This document shows, piece by piece, positions 12,308 to 26,168 of a stretch of DNA of 64,000 nucleotides. Source of the DNA: Paragordius varius (Eukaryota; Animalia; Nematomorpha); assembly GCA_964247055.1 (NCBI GenBank), contig OZ176051.1, forward strand, positions 7,626,001 to 7,690,000, given 5' to 3'. Every line of letters begins with the position of its first letter. The first letter of the stretch is position 1. The notes beneath the pieces are model-generated. The model was not told the DNA's origin. It saw only the letters and a program-made list of their open reading frames with translations, and did not search any database. The translations under genes were made by a program, and so were the position numbers.

Positions 12308-15300
12308 ATGTTTTTTATACCTTCAACTACCAGTTTTGAATCACTCTCACACAATCCATTTAATCCTGGTGATCCGTCCATTGGAAGTATTTTAACCTCT
12401 TTTTTTGAAAAGTATTTATAATTAAATATAGAGAGTTAAACATTTTCATTTATGTTAAAAATAAATTACATAATTTATTGGTTTTTGAATGAATATTTTC
12501 AGGCTGCCTTCTTGTCTAAGATGGTTTTTGCATAATTGGAAATAATCCATATGCATTTCCCATTATTAATTGAACTGTTAGCCATACATATAATTTTAAA
12601 ATTATTTTTGCCCGAAATTTACTCGCCTCACATTATTAGTATATAAATAAGATCTGCCTGTTTGCACGGAAAATAAAAGATGATGTTTGTTGATTATACA
12701 ATCGTTAATTTTTCAATATAATTAAGTTTTTTTTATAATTGTTTTTCATTTATTTGAATAATAAAAGTATGACCTCAGATGTTGATATATGCGAATAATT
12801 GACGCTATTAATTTTAAAAAAATTAACCATTTGACTAAAAGATTTAATTTTTTCTACCCAAAATTTGCAAAAATATTCGTTGGAACAACAATTTAAGATA
12901 TTTTTTGATTATATTACATATTTGTGAAACCGAAATTAAATACGCTTTTTCTTTCTATATATTAGGTGATATACCAGTCGTCGATTATATGTTAAATGAA
13001 GATGGAATCGATATAGATACTGATGCCAATGGGTTTTCCTACGACGATGAATACGATGTACATGATTATGTCAATCCTGATAATCCAAGCATTATAAATA
13101 ATGGCGACAATTTAACTTTCAATTTTAATAATAACAATAGTAATAATTTGTATGAAAACTTTCGTACTACGCATGGTTTCATCAATGAATTTATTATTGA
13201 AGGGTCGGGATCCGACATTACCTCTCGCAATGATGATAATTATCGCCGAAGTAATTACAGATCACCTCGTTTATCACACCAAAATAATGGTAATTTGCCT
13301 GCTTCAGGTGTTTTTTTTCATTAAAAATGAGTGTTTGCCCCTTTATTTTTTACTATATAATTAAAAAATGTAGGGAGTATTTATAAGAAAAAATCATGAA
13401 TTTGTATATAAAGATTATGTTTCATATTATCACCTTTATATCAACTTTTATACGCTATTTTCTCCTTTCTAAGCGTGTTATAGTTTTCCATTCTGTCTCC
13501 TGCTTGTTTGATTATTATATTGAGAAAGTCTACGTCTTCTTGAATAGTGGATTGCCAGGTTTTATATAATATCAGTTGAATATGATTGTTTAAGCTTTAT
13601 CCAATTTGTTTCTTGCTGTGGATGTGGCCAGCCCAAAGCGAACGGTACTCACGGATAGCTGTATTAATTGGTTTGATTTTTAGAGTTTGATAAGGGAATC
13701 ATTTTGGATTGGAAATTGTAGATGTTAGGGTTATGCGCGAAAAGGATGGCGTTTAGGATTTTCTGCTTACCCTTAGTCATAGTTGATTTTATTTAGTCAT
13801 AGGCCATGCTTCCGTACCATATAGATGGCAGGGCGTATAGCGAAAATTTTTGCCTTTGAACTGACTAAAACGTATTGTTTATTAACTAGTGTAAGCAGAC
13901 TATCATACCTTTTCCAGCCAGCTTTGATTCTATGCGATAAGGCCGATTCTATGCCACCACCAGCATATAAAGTATCACCAGGGTATGTAAATTTGTCTCC
14001 GAATTCGAATAAAGTGGACTCTAGGCGAGGAGATATTATGGTTATTGTGTTTATGGTATTGCACGGGGAGCATATTTTTGTTATCATTTAAACTTTTGGC
14101 AGAGCATTTTTTATGTACCCACGTTGAACATTTGTTACACTTTATTGAATTTGACGCTACATTAAATGAGCACACAGAGCAGGGTTATTTTCTTGTTTTC
14201 ATCGCATATTAGTTTGGTTATTGATGTATTGACTTTCAGATTGAATTTACTTAGGGTATCCTTCCATATATTTAATTTTTTCAATAATTAATTTACTGAT
14301 GTGGCGCATAATATAAGTCATCAGCATACAAAAGTTTAAAAGTTAAACCTTGTCGAATGGTTTTTGTGATTTCCTCCATAATTATGATGAATAAAAACGG
14401 GCTTGATATCCTTAATGAAGCATATTGTCTTTATTTTCTAAGTTTTTACTCTATATTTTATTTTATGTATATGGGTGCGTAGATTACATTGGCAGAAATG
14501 CGACACCCAGATCATTAAATAATAATATAATTGGAAGTGGCCCCCAAAACTTTAACGTGATATCATCAACATCATCATCATCTGAAGCGATAATAACCCA
14601 ACATGATTCCAATGATTATTACAATATAAGGTCCCCTACCCTCCTTCATACTACATTAGCTAGTCGACAACCTTACAATCTATACCATACATCAAGGTTA
14701 ACCTCAACGAATCATAGAATGGGTCGCGACACATTAACTAGGTCTGAAAATTATTTGGGAAGTTCATTAGCTCCTAGACGTAATGTGTTAGGAAATAATG
14801 ACAACGCCAATAATACGGAAAATGATAGCAATGAAACAGGAGTGAATAAAAGGTAAATGGATTATAGTATATATATTCTATGCATTAAAGAAGGCCTTTG
14901 TTTTGGATAAATTTTAAAATTATTTGAAATGCATTAGAATCTTACAGAAAATTAATGTAATTCTTTCTCCATATGGTAAATTGGTTGTTCAAACGTTTTC
15001 ACATACGATTTTGAATATAAACATTTATTAAACTACAACTAATAACCTAAACAAATTTCTTTACATGGAAAAATATGAATTGATCTAAGCCTGTACCACG
15101 GATACGAATATTTTTTAAAAATTATAATAATTTTAATATAGTTGGTGTATTTGATACATTGCTATTAATATATAATATTAATTATAGGATATCCAATCCA
15201 AACCCTGCTCCCTATTCTCTAATGGCTAACAATCAAAACACTTCAACGGATTCAATTAACAGGTCCCTTATATCTCTCGACCCCGATTATTATGATCAAA

Positions 15301-18300
15301 ATAATTTTAGTAATGAATCAAGCATGATAACACCATCATCAACAACTTTGCTTATAACTAGTAATCCCGGCGGGCTTTCAACAGCGCATATGCATTATTC
15401 AAACCCTAAACCGTTGAATCTGAATTTAGCAACTGCGACAATGTCTTCCCTGGAAAATGTAGATAGTCGTATAACACCAACATGGGAAGAACGTATAGGG
15501 ATAGGTTAGTGAATACCATTAAACATCACAAATTCGTTTTTATTATTTATGAAAGCTAAAACACTCATGAGGTTCGAAATAATACCTTATAAATGTCTTA
15601 CATTCGAATTTAGAGTTTTGAAGTATTGGATATTTGGTTGGTTTAGGCAAATGGTTTGAATGATTAATTACTACTCCTGATTTAGGTCATTTCTGTAAGT
15701 GATAGTTTAAATCGTGATAAAACCTCAACTATAGGAATAGAGTGTTGTTTTAAGATGTTCGGACATACATATGATTTATATATTAGTGAGCCCACAAGAG
15801 GTATGCGAAAATGTATCGTAAATATGTTAAAAGTAAGATTTTTACAGTTTAATACGGATTTATTCTGAAATGCTAGTCCATATCAAACTTTGTTGTTTTT
15901 TATAGCCAAAGATTATTTTTTTCATAGGTGGTAATAGTTTAAACCGCGATGGTAGCTCAAATAGCGTTTCGTTAAACACATTACTCCTTACAACACCTAC
16001 CAATACCGCATCAAAAAGTTCGGAAATGGTTAATTTAACCTCTGAACAAGGGGAAGAAACACCATTGGCTAATACGATAGATAGAGGTGACATAAATTAC
16101 AGTAATCCAACCCTTTCTGACACGTTCATTGAACCGTCGCGAACAAATGAAGCTCTAAATGGCCAATATCGTTCAATACTAGATTCGGTGCCTGAAACAC
16201 ATTATCACACTATACATTCTTTGTTTAGCAGCAGCAGTATTAAAAATTCTGATAATCATCACCCTAGCACATTACTGCTCCATAAACCACCATTAAGCTA
16301 CAATCAATCATCCTTATCAAACACGATATCTAACCCTAATACTAACCTTAGTTCGTACGCTTCAACATCGGTCCAGGATGTAGGACACACGAAAAAAAAT
16401 GAAATTGATAGAAAATTTAATAATTCAAATTCTTATAGCAATAGCAATAATAATTTTTCAATTTCGGCTAATCCATTAGATGAATCATTGACAAGATATC
16501 CTAATTACAACACATCTCAATCACATTCATCATCGGCTCTTGATTCTAACCGAGATACCTCCACTCTAAATATCAGTAAATTATTTATTAACTTTTTTAT
16601 AGCTATCATATGATAAATAGCCTTATATTTATGTATGAAATTTTTTAGAAAAATTAATCAATTAAATGTGTGCCATTAACCTCTCTCTTTTCATTTTTTT
16701 ATTTTTTTAAATTATTGATGCAGTTATAGCGGAAATTTTGAGTGTATAATTTTAAAGGTTGTGCAAATTTTAAGCTAACATTTGTTCTACTTAATAATTG
16801 CAAATATCGTTATTTCAGTTGTGTTTTCATTTTCAAAAACCATACAGCATAAAAAATATGAAACGATATATTATTTCAATTATTCTTAGCAACTAAATAT
16901 TTTTGTTTAAATTTTTTATCCTGTAATGTATTCGCATTCACATTCCTCCTCGTATCATCAAAGTACTGATAGAGATTCTTACCCAACTCATACGAGTAAT
17001 TTAGGGACAAAAAAATTGTATAATATCAGTAAAAGTTATGAAGATGACACGTATACTAAAACATCCAATATTAATCGAAATAATATTTTACGTGATTTAG
17101 GGGGAGAGTCGACTTCTTATGGCAATTATTCCAGCAATTTAACCGGTTCAAACTATAGACATCCATACCAATTACCACATTCATCGGGTAGTATAATATA
17201 TCATTTATGTTACTTCTATTACGGCATTTTTGAGTTTTATACCAAATTCTTAATGCTTTTTTTGTTTTAGATTCGAACATTTCTCATAATTATGAATCAT
17301 CACGGTATCCGAGTGTTTCGTATCGACGCAAATATTACCCCAGTAGTTCAGAAAATTTGGGTATATTAATAATAAAATTCATGCCATAAATTTTTAGGAT
17401 GCGCATTGGATTTAAGCTTAACCAGTTAAAAAATATAACTAATAAAAATAAAACAGAATTAACTAATTTGACAATTGTATGTTAATAATTATTTGTAACG
17501 CTAAACAAAGTTTGTTCGAATTTTGAAATTCTTTACATCAAATTTAATTATATACCATCATTTTGTATTACAATTATATAACATAAAAAACATATGCTTA
17601 AAACTTTGACAAATTATTTTTAAAAACGGTATACTCGCCGTCTAAATTGCTCCAAAACCTGACTTTGATAATCATCCCATTGAATGCATTTAATGCAAAT
17701 GCATTCATAACGAGTCTGGTAATGATACCATACATCATCTGATAAATGAATTAATGTAATGATGTGCCTTTTTCCCTCTGTTTAGATGATAGCCTTGGTT
17801 ATCTTCAAAGCTCAAATCGCACTTTTTCAACACAAACCGGGTATAATAGTTCGAGTGGTAGACCTAACATAACTGTGGATTCCTACTCAAGATCTGCTAA
17901 TATAAATAGGGGTGAGTCAACTGAACCCCGTGATTTATACAGTAGTTATGGGAGCAATCGTAATTATCTCTCATCTGCTGCAAATCATACTTTATCGACC
18001 TCATCAACAACTAGTTATGGGTACCCGTACAGGAATGCTGTTTCGACCAGCCATCAATCATATAGGTATGTTTCCTTCAATATTTAATATATAACTTTTA
18101 TGTGTATTAATTTTTTAATTATCTCCATTGTGTACGAATTTTAGATTTTTTATTTAAGTGTATAAATCTTTAATGACAAAGGGTTATATTCCTGCAAAAA
18201 GCTTTGGGTTTTTTTAATCTTTAATTGAAAATATAATATGGTTGTTACAGTTTGATTATTGGGCATAATTGTTTATAATTTAAAGTTATTTATCTACTTT

Positions 18301-18597
18301 TTTTATACTTATTTAAAAAATAATCTAATAATATATTAATGTCACTCTTCAATGTTGAAATGTCACTTTTAATATATATTTCTAAGTGATTCTTTCCATA
18401 TCTATAGTTCAAGCAGGCCCACCAATAATTACGTTGGATCGTCTCGAGAAAATACTTATAGTAGAAATTTATCAACGACTCATTCGACTAATAATAGCAG
18501 TAGGAATAGTGCAAATAATAGTTCGTATTCTCAATATTTGGGCCCTGATAGCACGTATGACAGCATTTATAATCGAACGCGACATTGGAGATATTAA
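12308..18597 (+). CDS. Orphan ~870-aa Ser/Asn/Tyr/Arg-rich low-complexity protein, ~9 exons; 5' end uncertain
   Basis: Exons at ~12308-12386, 12966-13307, 14483-14852, 15187-15505, 15930-16576, ~16924-17187, 17271-17360, 17788-18065 and ~18407-18597 join in compatible phases with GT-AG sites, except the acceptor near 16924. The stop is TAA at 18595-18597 (...YNRTRHWRY*). No globular domain was recognised. Confidence 0.75.
13440..14215 (-). mobile_element. RTE-clade non-LTR retrotransposon 3' fragment inside an intron of the low-complexity gene
   Basis: CSFNVASNSIKCNKCSTWVHKKCS (Cys/His finger insertion typical of some RTE elements), DKFTYPGDTLYAGGGIESALSHRIKAGWKR (cf. DKFCYLGD.L..GGG.E.AV..RI..GWKK) and a downstream LGHI...KTWQSTIQED...AGDR motif; frameshifted. 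Confidence 0.85.
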
Positions 18598-19333
18598 TTT
18601 TATTTTTCCATTTTAAATCTTGTTTTTATCATATAAATGTTCTTCTCGCCTTAACAATGATGATTTTCGCACATTTTTAACTCAAAATATTAACATTTGT
18701 TCATTTGCACCTATTTTATAATGATTGAAATTTTTTTAGTTGCAATAATTGATGCAAAAAACACTTTTTGTAAAAATTTGCTCTACATTTGAAAAAATAA
18801 TATTATTTGATGGTACCTTATTCAATTTAATATATATATTGTAAAAGATTTGCTGTGAATATACATTTGTACATTTATAAGGTTGTTAATTACATATATG
18901 CATTATTTAACAATATATTCCAGTATATTTATATAAAATGATAAAGTTTCAATTGTTTGTGTGATAAATCCAATCGATTTATTATATAATAATACCAATA
19001 ATTTTGCGCTGGTTATAATAAAATACATACTTAAAAAATGTTAACCGTCATAATAGGTGCTATGATTAACAGTGCCCTCAAATCAATTAGCTTGTGATAA
19101 GGTTCGGATTTTAATTAGATACAATTCACAAAAATTGGACATTTTTTATGATGGAATTATTGACATATTACGAAAAATGTAAACAATGATAAATTTTAAT
19201 CATTTCTAATTTGATCAAAAATTTATGAATTTTTTTTATAAAAGGGCTGGCTTGATAATGAGCTGTATATAATACATTAAGATTGACGTTTTTGAACTGC
19301 GAGGATTGGCGAATATATAATATATATTTGCAT

Positions 19334-22020
19334 TTATATGATGGTGTTACATTCTGGTTGGCAAGATTTTTTACAATATCGCATAACGATATTGCATAAC
19401 CCGTATGAAACCCATTTATTACAAATTTGATCATTCAAATTGGTACATTCTGGATTAATAAAAGTTCTTGGATTGGTGGCTGATTGAAACCTTGTACGCT
19501 CATTTAAAATGTTGTAATTAAATTGATTTAGATAGTTTAGTAGGAAATCTCTAGCTGAATATGGTGTAGGTATGGTTTGTTTATATAAAAAAAATTTATA
19601 GGCAAATATATGATATTAAAAAGTCTGCATAATTAGATTTCATATATTAGTTCTAATCCATATCTTGAAATATTTTGATGGCACAACCATGGTAAAAATA
19701 TTTTTGGTAAATATAAATTTTCAACTATCAATTTACTCAAAAATTTATATTTCAAAATTAAATTATTGATTGTAGCATTTCTTTAAATGAAATAAATAAT
19801 TGTCATTTTGTGAAAAAGTTTTGTTAGTTATATAAATATAATATTTGGAGATTAAAGTGAATTTTTAAGCCTAATTATTAAATATAAATTTATTGTTAAA
19901 TAGTAGTTTAGTTTTAATTTTTTATATATAATTATGGGTAGTAAATTAACCTTCTGAAGTATCGATATTAATATCATTATTAAGGCACTCATTTCCACTG
20001 CAACAAAGTTTGCTTGCATAAGTCCCGTCAGTAATACAACCGTTTTCACAACCCTGACAATTGTTAGTTGCCGCATAAGATAGATTGTATGGGATGTAGT
20101 ATGGTTGAACGTTACCGCTAAACAATGAAAATATAGAAATGTTTAATTATACATCCAGGTAAAACTATTTAAAACCCAAAAATGTAGCTATAAAAGAAAA
20201 TTCTGGAAATGCTTTAAAAATTATAAAAAAAGATAAAATTATTTTTTTAATATAAAAAGGGTTGGGACTTTTAAAATCTTAGATTATATTGTTTTTTACG
20301 TCGAACTAAAAAAATAAGAGGTTATTGTACAAATTATTTATTTAAAAAATATAGATCTTTTTAATATCCTTATTAAAAGCATCAACCAATTGTTTTTTTT
20401 TCGTTATCTTGAATTTAGTATATTTTTATCTTTGTTTTATTTTTACATTTGACAAAGGTTACTTATACTATTCCGAAATTCATCAATTAAATATATTCAA
20501 TTATTGCTGAATTTAAATAATTCTAATGAAAAACAATATTGTTTTTGTCATTTTTTTTCAAACTAAAATATTTTAACATACAATGGGTAATAATTGCAGG
20601 CATATAGGTTAAATCCCGGGCATTCATTCATAGCACATCCTACTTCGCTTGTCTCAGCCCATACAGCCTATATAATTATTGAATTATAGGTGTTACCAAA
20701 AAGCTTTGAGTTAATTTTGGAGTCACAAAAAAGTTTAGCTATCGTTTTTGAAAGTGGCCCCCGAACGGTTCCATTTAAAATACACCGATATCCTTTTCAA
20801 ATATGGTTTCTCTATAAACTTAAATCATAAAGACGTATTTTAAATATTTTTCAGCATTGTGCAAAAATAGTTTAGCTACCTGTCAAAAAGATAGAGCACA
20901 TGAAGAGCGAATCAACCAGAAAATAATTAAAAATGGCATCGGAATTGGTAGCAAAAATAGCCCCTTTCCAATCCCTAGCTTTAACTCGTGAACCATGTGT
21001 TATTTCAAAAAAAACCCATCTTAAATAACGTGCAATAAATGAATTTGTAATTAATAAGTAAATTTAGAAAAATAAAACTTGTGTATAATGTCCAACAGCC
21101 TTGAAGTCATTGTCAGGACTTCCGTATGTAAAGTCACTGGCTTCCTCAGTCCAAGAATTAATCACTCTGGTCCATCTTGGATTTATGTTTATGGCTAAAT
21201 ACAAATTTTGTCCTCCACCTTGTGGATAATCTATGCAGTTTGTAATAAATATATTTTTATTTTTGGTATTTTTCGGATGTTTTAAGACACTTATATTTAA
21301 ATATGCTTATTTTTTATGTTGTTATTTTGATTGACTTATTTAAACAAGTAAGAATTATAGGGTAAAAAATTATTTGACCATCACCCAAATATATTGGCTT
21401 TTATGGATTTGAAATGTACAGATGAATTAAAATCTATTAGATTTTTTATGACAATCATAATACATGTGTTTGAAATCCATATTTAACAATTAAAATTTTT
21501 AAAAAATATTTTTATTCAACCAGGTTATTATAATAAATTGAGCATAATTTTCCACCAAAAATGCATATATATCAAATATTAAGATTAATAAATGGCAAAT
21601 TTAATTTAAAGAGACTACTTGAAATAGCTCGATTCGATGCATCATCATGTTGAAAAACGCAATTCTCAATCCAAGCCTCGGTTCTCGATGCCCCTTCAGG
21701 ACTCCATCGCTAATATAATTTATTATGTATGTGAAGAAAATATTCATTAAAAGAAACTTATTTAAAATAAATCAAGTTATTGATATAAATAAGGAGCTTA
21801 AATTGCAATGAAAACGTGTACCCATTAACAGTGTCAACAAATAAGTTAAGATTTTGACCTTTTTACTTCAAAACTTAAATTTATATATACCAAGATTTTC
21901 ATATTTTGTGCCGGGGGTTGTACATTGGCCCGTACATCGTTATGGGCTTTCAATATTTCCCTTATATGACTCGCATCTGGTATTAACGCGCCTACATATA
22001 AAAATAATAAATATATCTTG
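19334..22020 (-). CDS. CRISP/venom-allergen-like protein: CAP (SCP) domain + Cys-rich hinge + ShKT-like domain; 5' end unresolved
   Basis: Exons encode ILKAHNDVRANVQPPAQNMKIL, WSPEGASRTEAWIENCVFQH, GQNLY...VINSWTEEASDFTYGSPDNDFKAVGHYTQ, VWAETSEVGCAMNECPGFNLYACNYYP, NCQGCENGCITDGTYASKLCC and CTNLNDQICNKWVSYGLCNIVMRYCKKSCQPEC. The stop is at 19334-19336. I could not place an in-frame start Met. Confidence 0.88.
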
Positions 22021-25000
22021 TTAAATTTTATTTAATTCGTATAACCAACTGCATATTTACCAAAATTGCAAAGTTGGATATATATATGAAATCGATATGT
22101 GAAAATCCCAGGTCAAATGGTTGTGTCGCACTGATGATTGCTAACAAGCACGAAACTAGTAGGCGATTACTATTGACGAAAGGGTTTCGCTATCGTTAAT
22201 TTCTGACTTTCAATTAATTTCTATTTATTTTACCTTAAAACATTATCATACGGATTTAACAACTGTTATTACAAAACATAATTAATCCGTCATTTACCAT
22301 TACGATAACTATATTTTATTAAACATTATATACAGTTATTATGTCTTTAGCATGGTGGACCTGATTTTAAACGAGTTGACTGATAATATAAGCTTTAGAA
22401 TTCCTACTTAACAAAATAGACGCATATTGTTTCAATACATCGCATTACCTTCACTGTTTTAAAAACTTGATAAACAATATTTTCAAGGTAAGTTTCTATT
22501 AAAATAACAGATTATAATAGTTAATGAAAGTTATTGGTTGCATTTAGGTTAGTCAGTTAAATATAAGTAACTAAGGGGGTAGATATGTAACAACAATTAT
22601 ATTAAACAACTGAGTATAGATAATATAATTGTTTTGATAGATGTATACGATTTAGAATTTTTATTTATTAAATGGTAAGTCTTACATTGTAGTAAGGACC
22701 CATTAAAGCTTAAACATTGCATGTCATGGGCTTACAGTGATGATGGAAATATTATACAGAAAATGAACTCTGGTATCATGTATTTATGGGTAAACAACTG
22801 TTTTGGTTTAACCCCATGTGAGATGAGCTTAAATTATAACTTTGTTTTACTCAAAGAAAACAATCATTGGGTTGGGTTAGAGTAGATATTACAATTAAGT
22901 TTATATTTTGAAATAATTAATTAAAAGATATATACCATAGAGATGGATGTTGGTAGCGACAATTAGTGGAATGATAATTTTTAAAGATTGTTGTTTAAAT
23001 GGCATTCTATTTTTTACGCTTGATAACGTTAGTTATGAAAAAAAGTCTATATAAAATATTATTAATGAAAAATAGTTTGTCATATAATTTGTATATATAA
23101 TATATACTTTTATAATCTTATCTAAATTTCGTGCAGGTATATTTATATTTCGAGTGATTTGTTAAATTTGTGTAATTTCATCCTAACTTAACTCATTTTT
23201 TTGCAATATGATTAAACCTCATAATGGAAAATTATTTGATATTAATGGCTAAAATTAACCTTTTTTTAAACATTATATGTATTATCAATTTGTATATTTG
23301 TGAAATCCCCCACATAAAATTAGCTTCCTCTTCCTGGTTTACGGTATCGAAGGAATTGTACCGATTTATAACTAAAATGCAAAATCAGAGAAAAAAACTA
23401 GGTAATAAATTAAGATTTTATATGAGACTACAAAAACTAGTAATTTCGACTATTCCAAAACTTTTTTAAAAATAATAATTTATAACACCCAAAGCGGTTC
23501 GAATTTGTTAATGTATTAGTGTTTTTATAAATTTTTTAAATTCCAAATTATTATGACGTTACCTTTATTGAATGAGGAAATTATAAATTAATAAGGATAT
23601 AGGCTCAACACGTTTTTGTCATTTCAATTTTAAAATAAATATTAATTGGTTAGGTTTATATTTTTAAAATATTAATATGATATTAAATTTGAGATCAAAA
23701 CCACCCCTTCTATTCTTATATCAATGTATCATAACATTTAACACTTGGATTTGGGTCTTTGGGCCCAGGCCTGTGCAAAACAAATATTTCCAAAAATATG
23801 GACCAAATTGAAACCACAAAAGTTTGCACTTATATAACATTGATGCACCGAATTATAAAAAAAAGATTCATTAAAAAACTTAATATTGTTTTTTTTATGG
23901 ATGAACCTCAAGGAAAAAATTTAGTCAACATGACATGTCTGCATTAGCTAAATATAAAAATAATGCAATATAAACCACTTTTTCTGTTTATATCAATGTA
24001 AAATGTGAATTAGGTTTATTTTAACGTTAGAATCCACGATATTTATATACTTTTTATTGGGATATAAGTATAAAATTTAAACCGTTTCTTTCATTTTTAT
24101 TATCAACTTATAAATAGCCTAGTGTCGCTAAATAGTCCAATTTAAATTGAAGTGCAATTAAATATATTTACAACATAATATGCAAAAAAATTTGAATCAA
24201 TTTTTGCCTGTTCTAGGTGTAATCAGAAGTTGCTACCATTCATCGGAAAAAAGTCCGAGGGAGATTAATTTTAATCATACGCCATTTTGTTCATCAAAGG
24301 ACAAACACATTGAGTTTGCTAATAACTAGCGTCTTAGTTTTAAAATTCAGTAATCATGTCGAATTTTGTGCCTAAAAAGGAACATTTGAGGCGGCATTGC
24401 CATCAAAAAGGTGAATATAATTTATCGTATGCGACAAGAAACTTATGGTGAGCGAGCATAGTCTATTGATTAACACTGTGTAACATGGTTTCGAAAATTG
24501 TAAAATTTACATGTTAAAGCGTGTGAGCGCTCTGGACCGCAACTGCAAAGTTGCAAAAGTGAAGGAGTTATTGGATGATGACACACTCAAAATTCACAAC
24601 AATTGGCAGAAACATTACATGTATCACAAACAATTTAATAATTGTCTAAGAACAACAATAACAAAACACTCTGTAAATGGGTACCGCATTAGGAAAGTCA
24701 AATCGAAAATCGCAAACCGACTTGTAAAATCCTGCTTCAAAATCACAAAAAGTATCTTTTTATTACGGATGATAGTTGATAGCTTTATTTTGTAAATCCG
24801 GAGTGGTTAATTCTTTTACCAAGTTCCATTCACAATAAAGCCAAATCGCATGTTGAACATTCTTTGTTGCTTGTGGGGCCAGGTATTGTGAATTATGATT
24901 ACAAACAGTAAAATTATTGATACACAGCACTAACAAATATCTAATAAAGACCATATATTAATATGACCTAATATTTTGAATTTTGACGCAGTACAAAATT

Positions 25001-25904
25001 AAAACATACTTTGGCTGTTTTTACACCATCTGTGTGGTATATTAAACAGTTTCCACAAAAATATATCAAAATGAAATATATACATTTGATAGGAAAGTAG
25101 GATTATATGGTCTTGTTCTTGTTGGTTTAAATTTTTATAATCCCAAATTTTTGGCTTTTTTAAAATGGATTGTTCTCTTAAAATAAACCCATAAATTCCG
25201 ACCTTCAATAATAAATATAGGCTATTTGATATCGACTAAATATATTTTAAAAAAAATGCATCTTTCAAAATTTAACTTATAGGAAAATTTTGTTGAAGCG
25301 TACTTTATACTATTTCGAGCATGTTGGGAACGATATAAAAGGTTGAGATTGTACCATTTGTATATATAGTTCGATAATGCTAAACATTTTTTTCACTCAG
25401 AATTTTGATTATAATATTCGTTCGTTTTCAAATTTATGTTAAATATATATTGTGTTTTTTTACAAAAATTCAATCTAGAAGTACGCTTCAACAAAATATC
25501 TCAAATTTGCTTAATAAGAAAACTAAAAATAATTAATGTTTTGGAAAAAAATTAAGTAATATCATACCCCTCACCTAATGATTATAGAAAACGTAAAATC
25601 TCTTTTTAATACGAAAAAAAAATTATTTCGAAATCATATGTCATATATAAGGTGACCAGACGTCCCGCTTTTTCACACTTTGTCCCGCGTCCCGCTACGT
25701 TTTTAAAATGTCCCGCTTTTTCACGGTTATATAAAAAAAATTTTTTTTAATACAAATATTTTTATTATTAAATATCTTTAAAATCTATTCAATTTTAAAT
25801 TAAAATTTTATATTTCTAAATTAAAAATATTTATTTTTTTTGAATTTATATTATATGATTATACACTTTGCTTCCTACTACTACTGTCATCAATCAAAAA
25901 ACCA

Positions 25905-26160
25905 AGTTAATACCACAAATCTCTAGATTAAAAGACAAATTAATACCACAAATCGGTAGCTTACACGTTTATTTCAGAAAATTAAGGTAATATAATATTT
26001 ACTATGCTAATATTTTAGTTTTATTACTTTGCTAACATATCAAAAAGCCAAATTAATACCACAAATCGGTAGCTTAAAAAAATTGATACCACAAATCGGT
26101 ACCTTCCACGTTTATTCCAGAAAATTAAGGTAATATAATATTTATTATACTAATAGTAGT
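25905..26160 (+). repeat. Tandem duplication in the hAT 5' region (ataccacaaatc motif x4; ~145-bp unit x2)
   Basis: The ataccacaaatc motif occurs at ~25910, 25943, 26055 and 26086; cacgtttatt.cagaaaattaaggtaatataatattta is present twice. Confidence 0.85.
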
Positions 26161-26168
26161 TTATAAAT

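Noticed and set aside
20846-20990. ~45-codon open frame antisense within a CRISP gene intron
   Set aside because: No start or partner exons and no recognisable motif; an open stretch this long can arise by chance or from a TE scrap.
22351-22490. Plus-strand segment bounded by good AG and GTAAGT sites
   Set aside because: All three frames contain stops; at most a non-coding exon, with no evidence for it.
22730-22835. Possible C/D box snoRNA (GTGATGA box C)
   Set aside because: No CTGA box D at a suitable distance and no convincing terminal stem.
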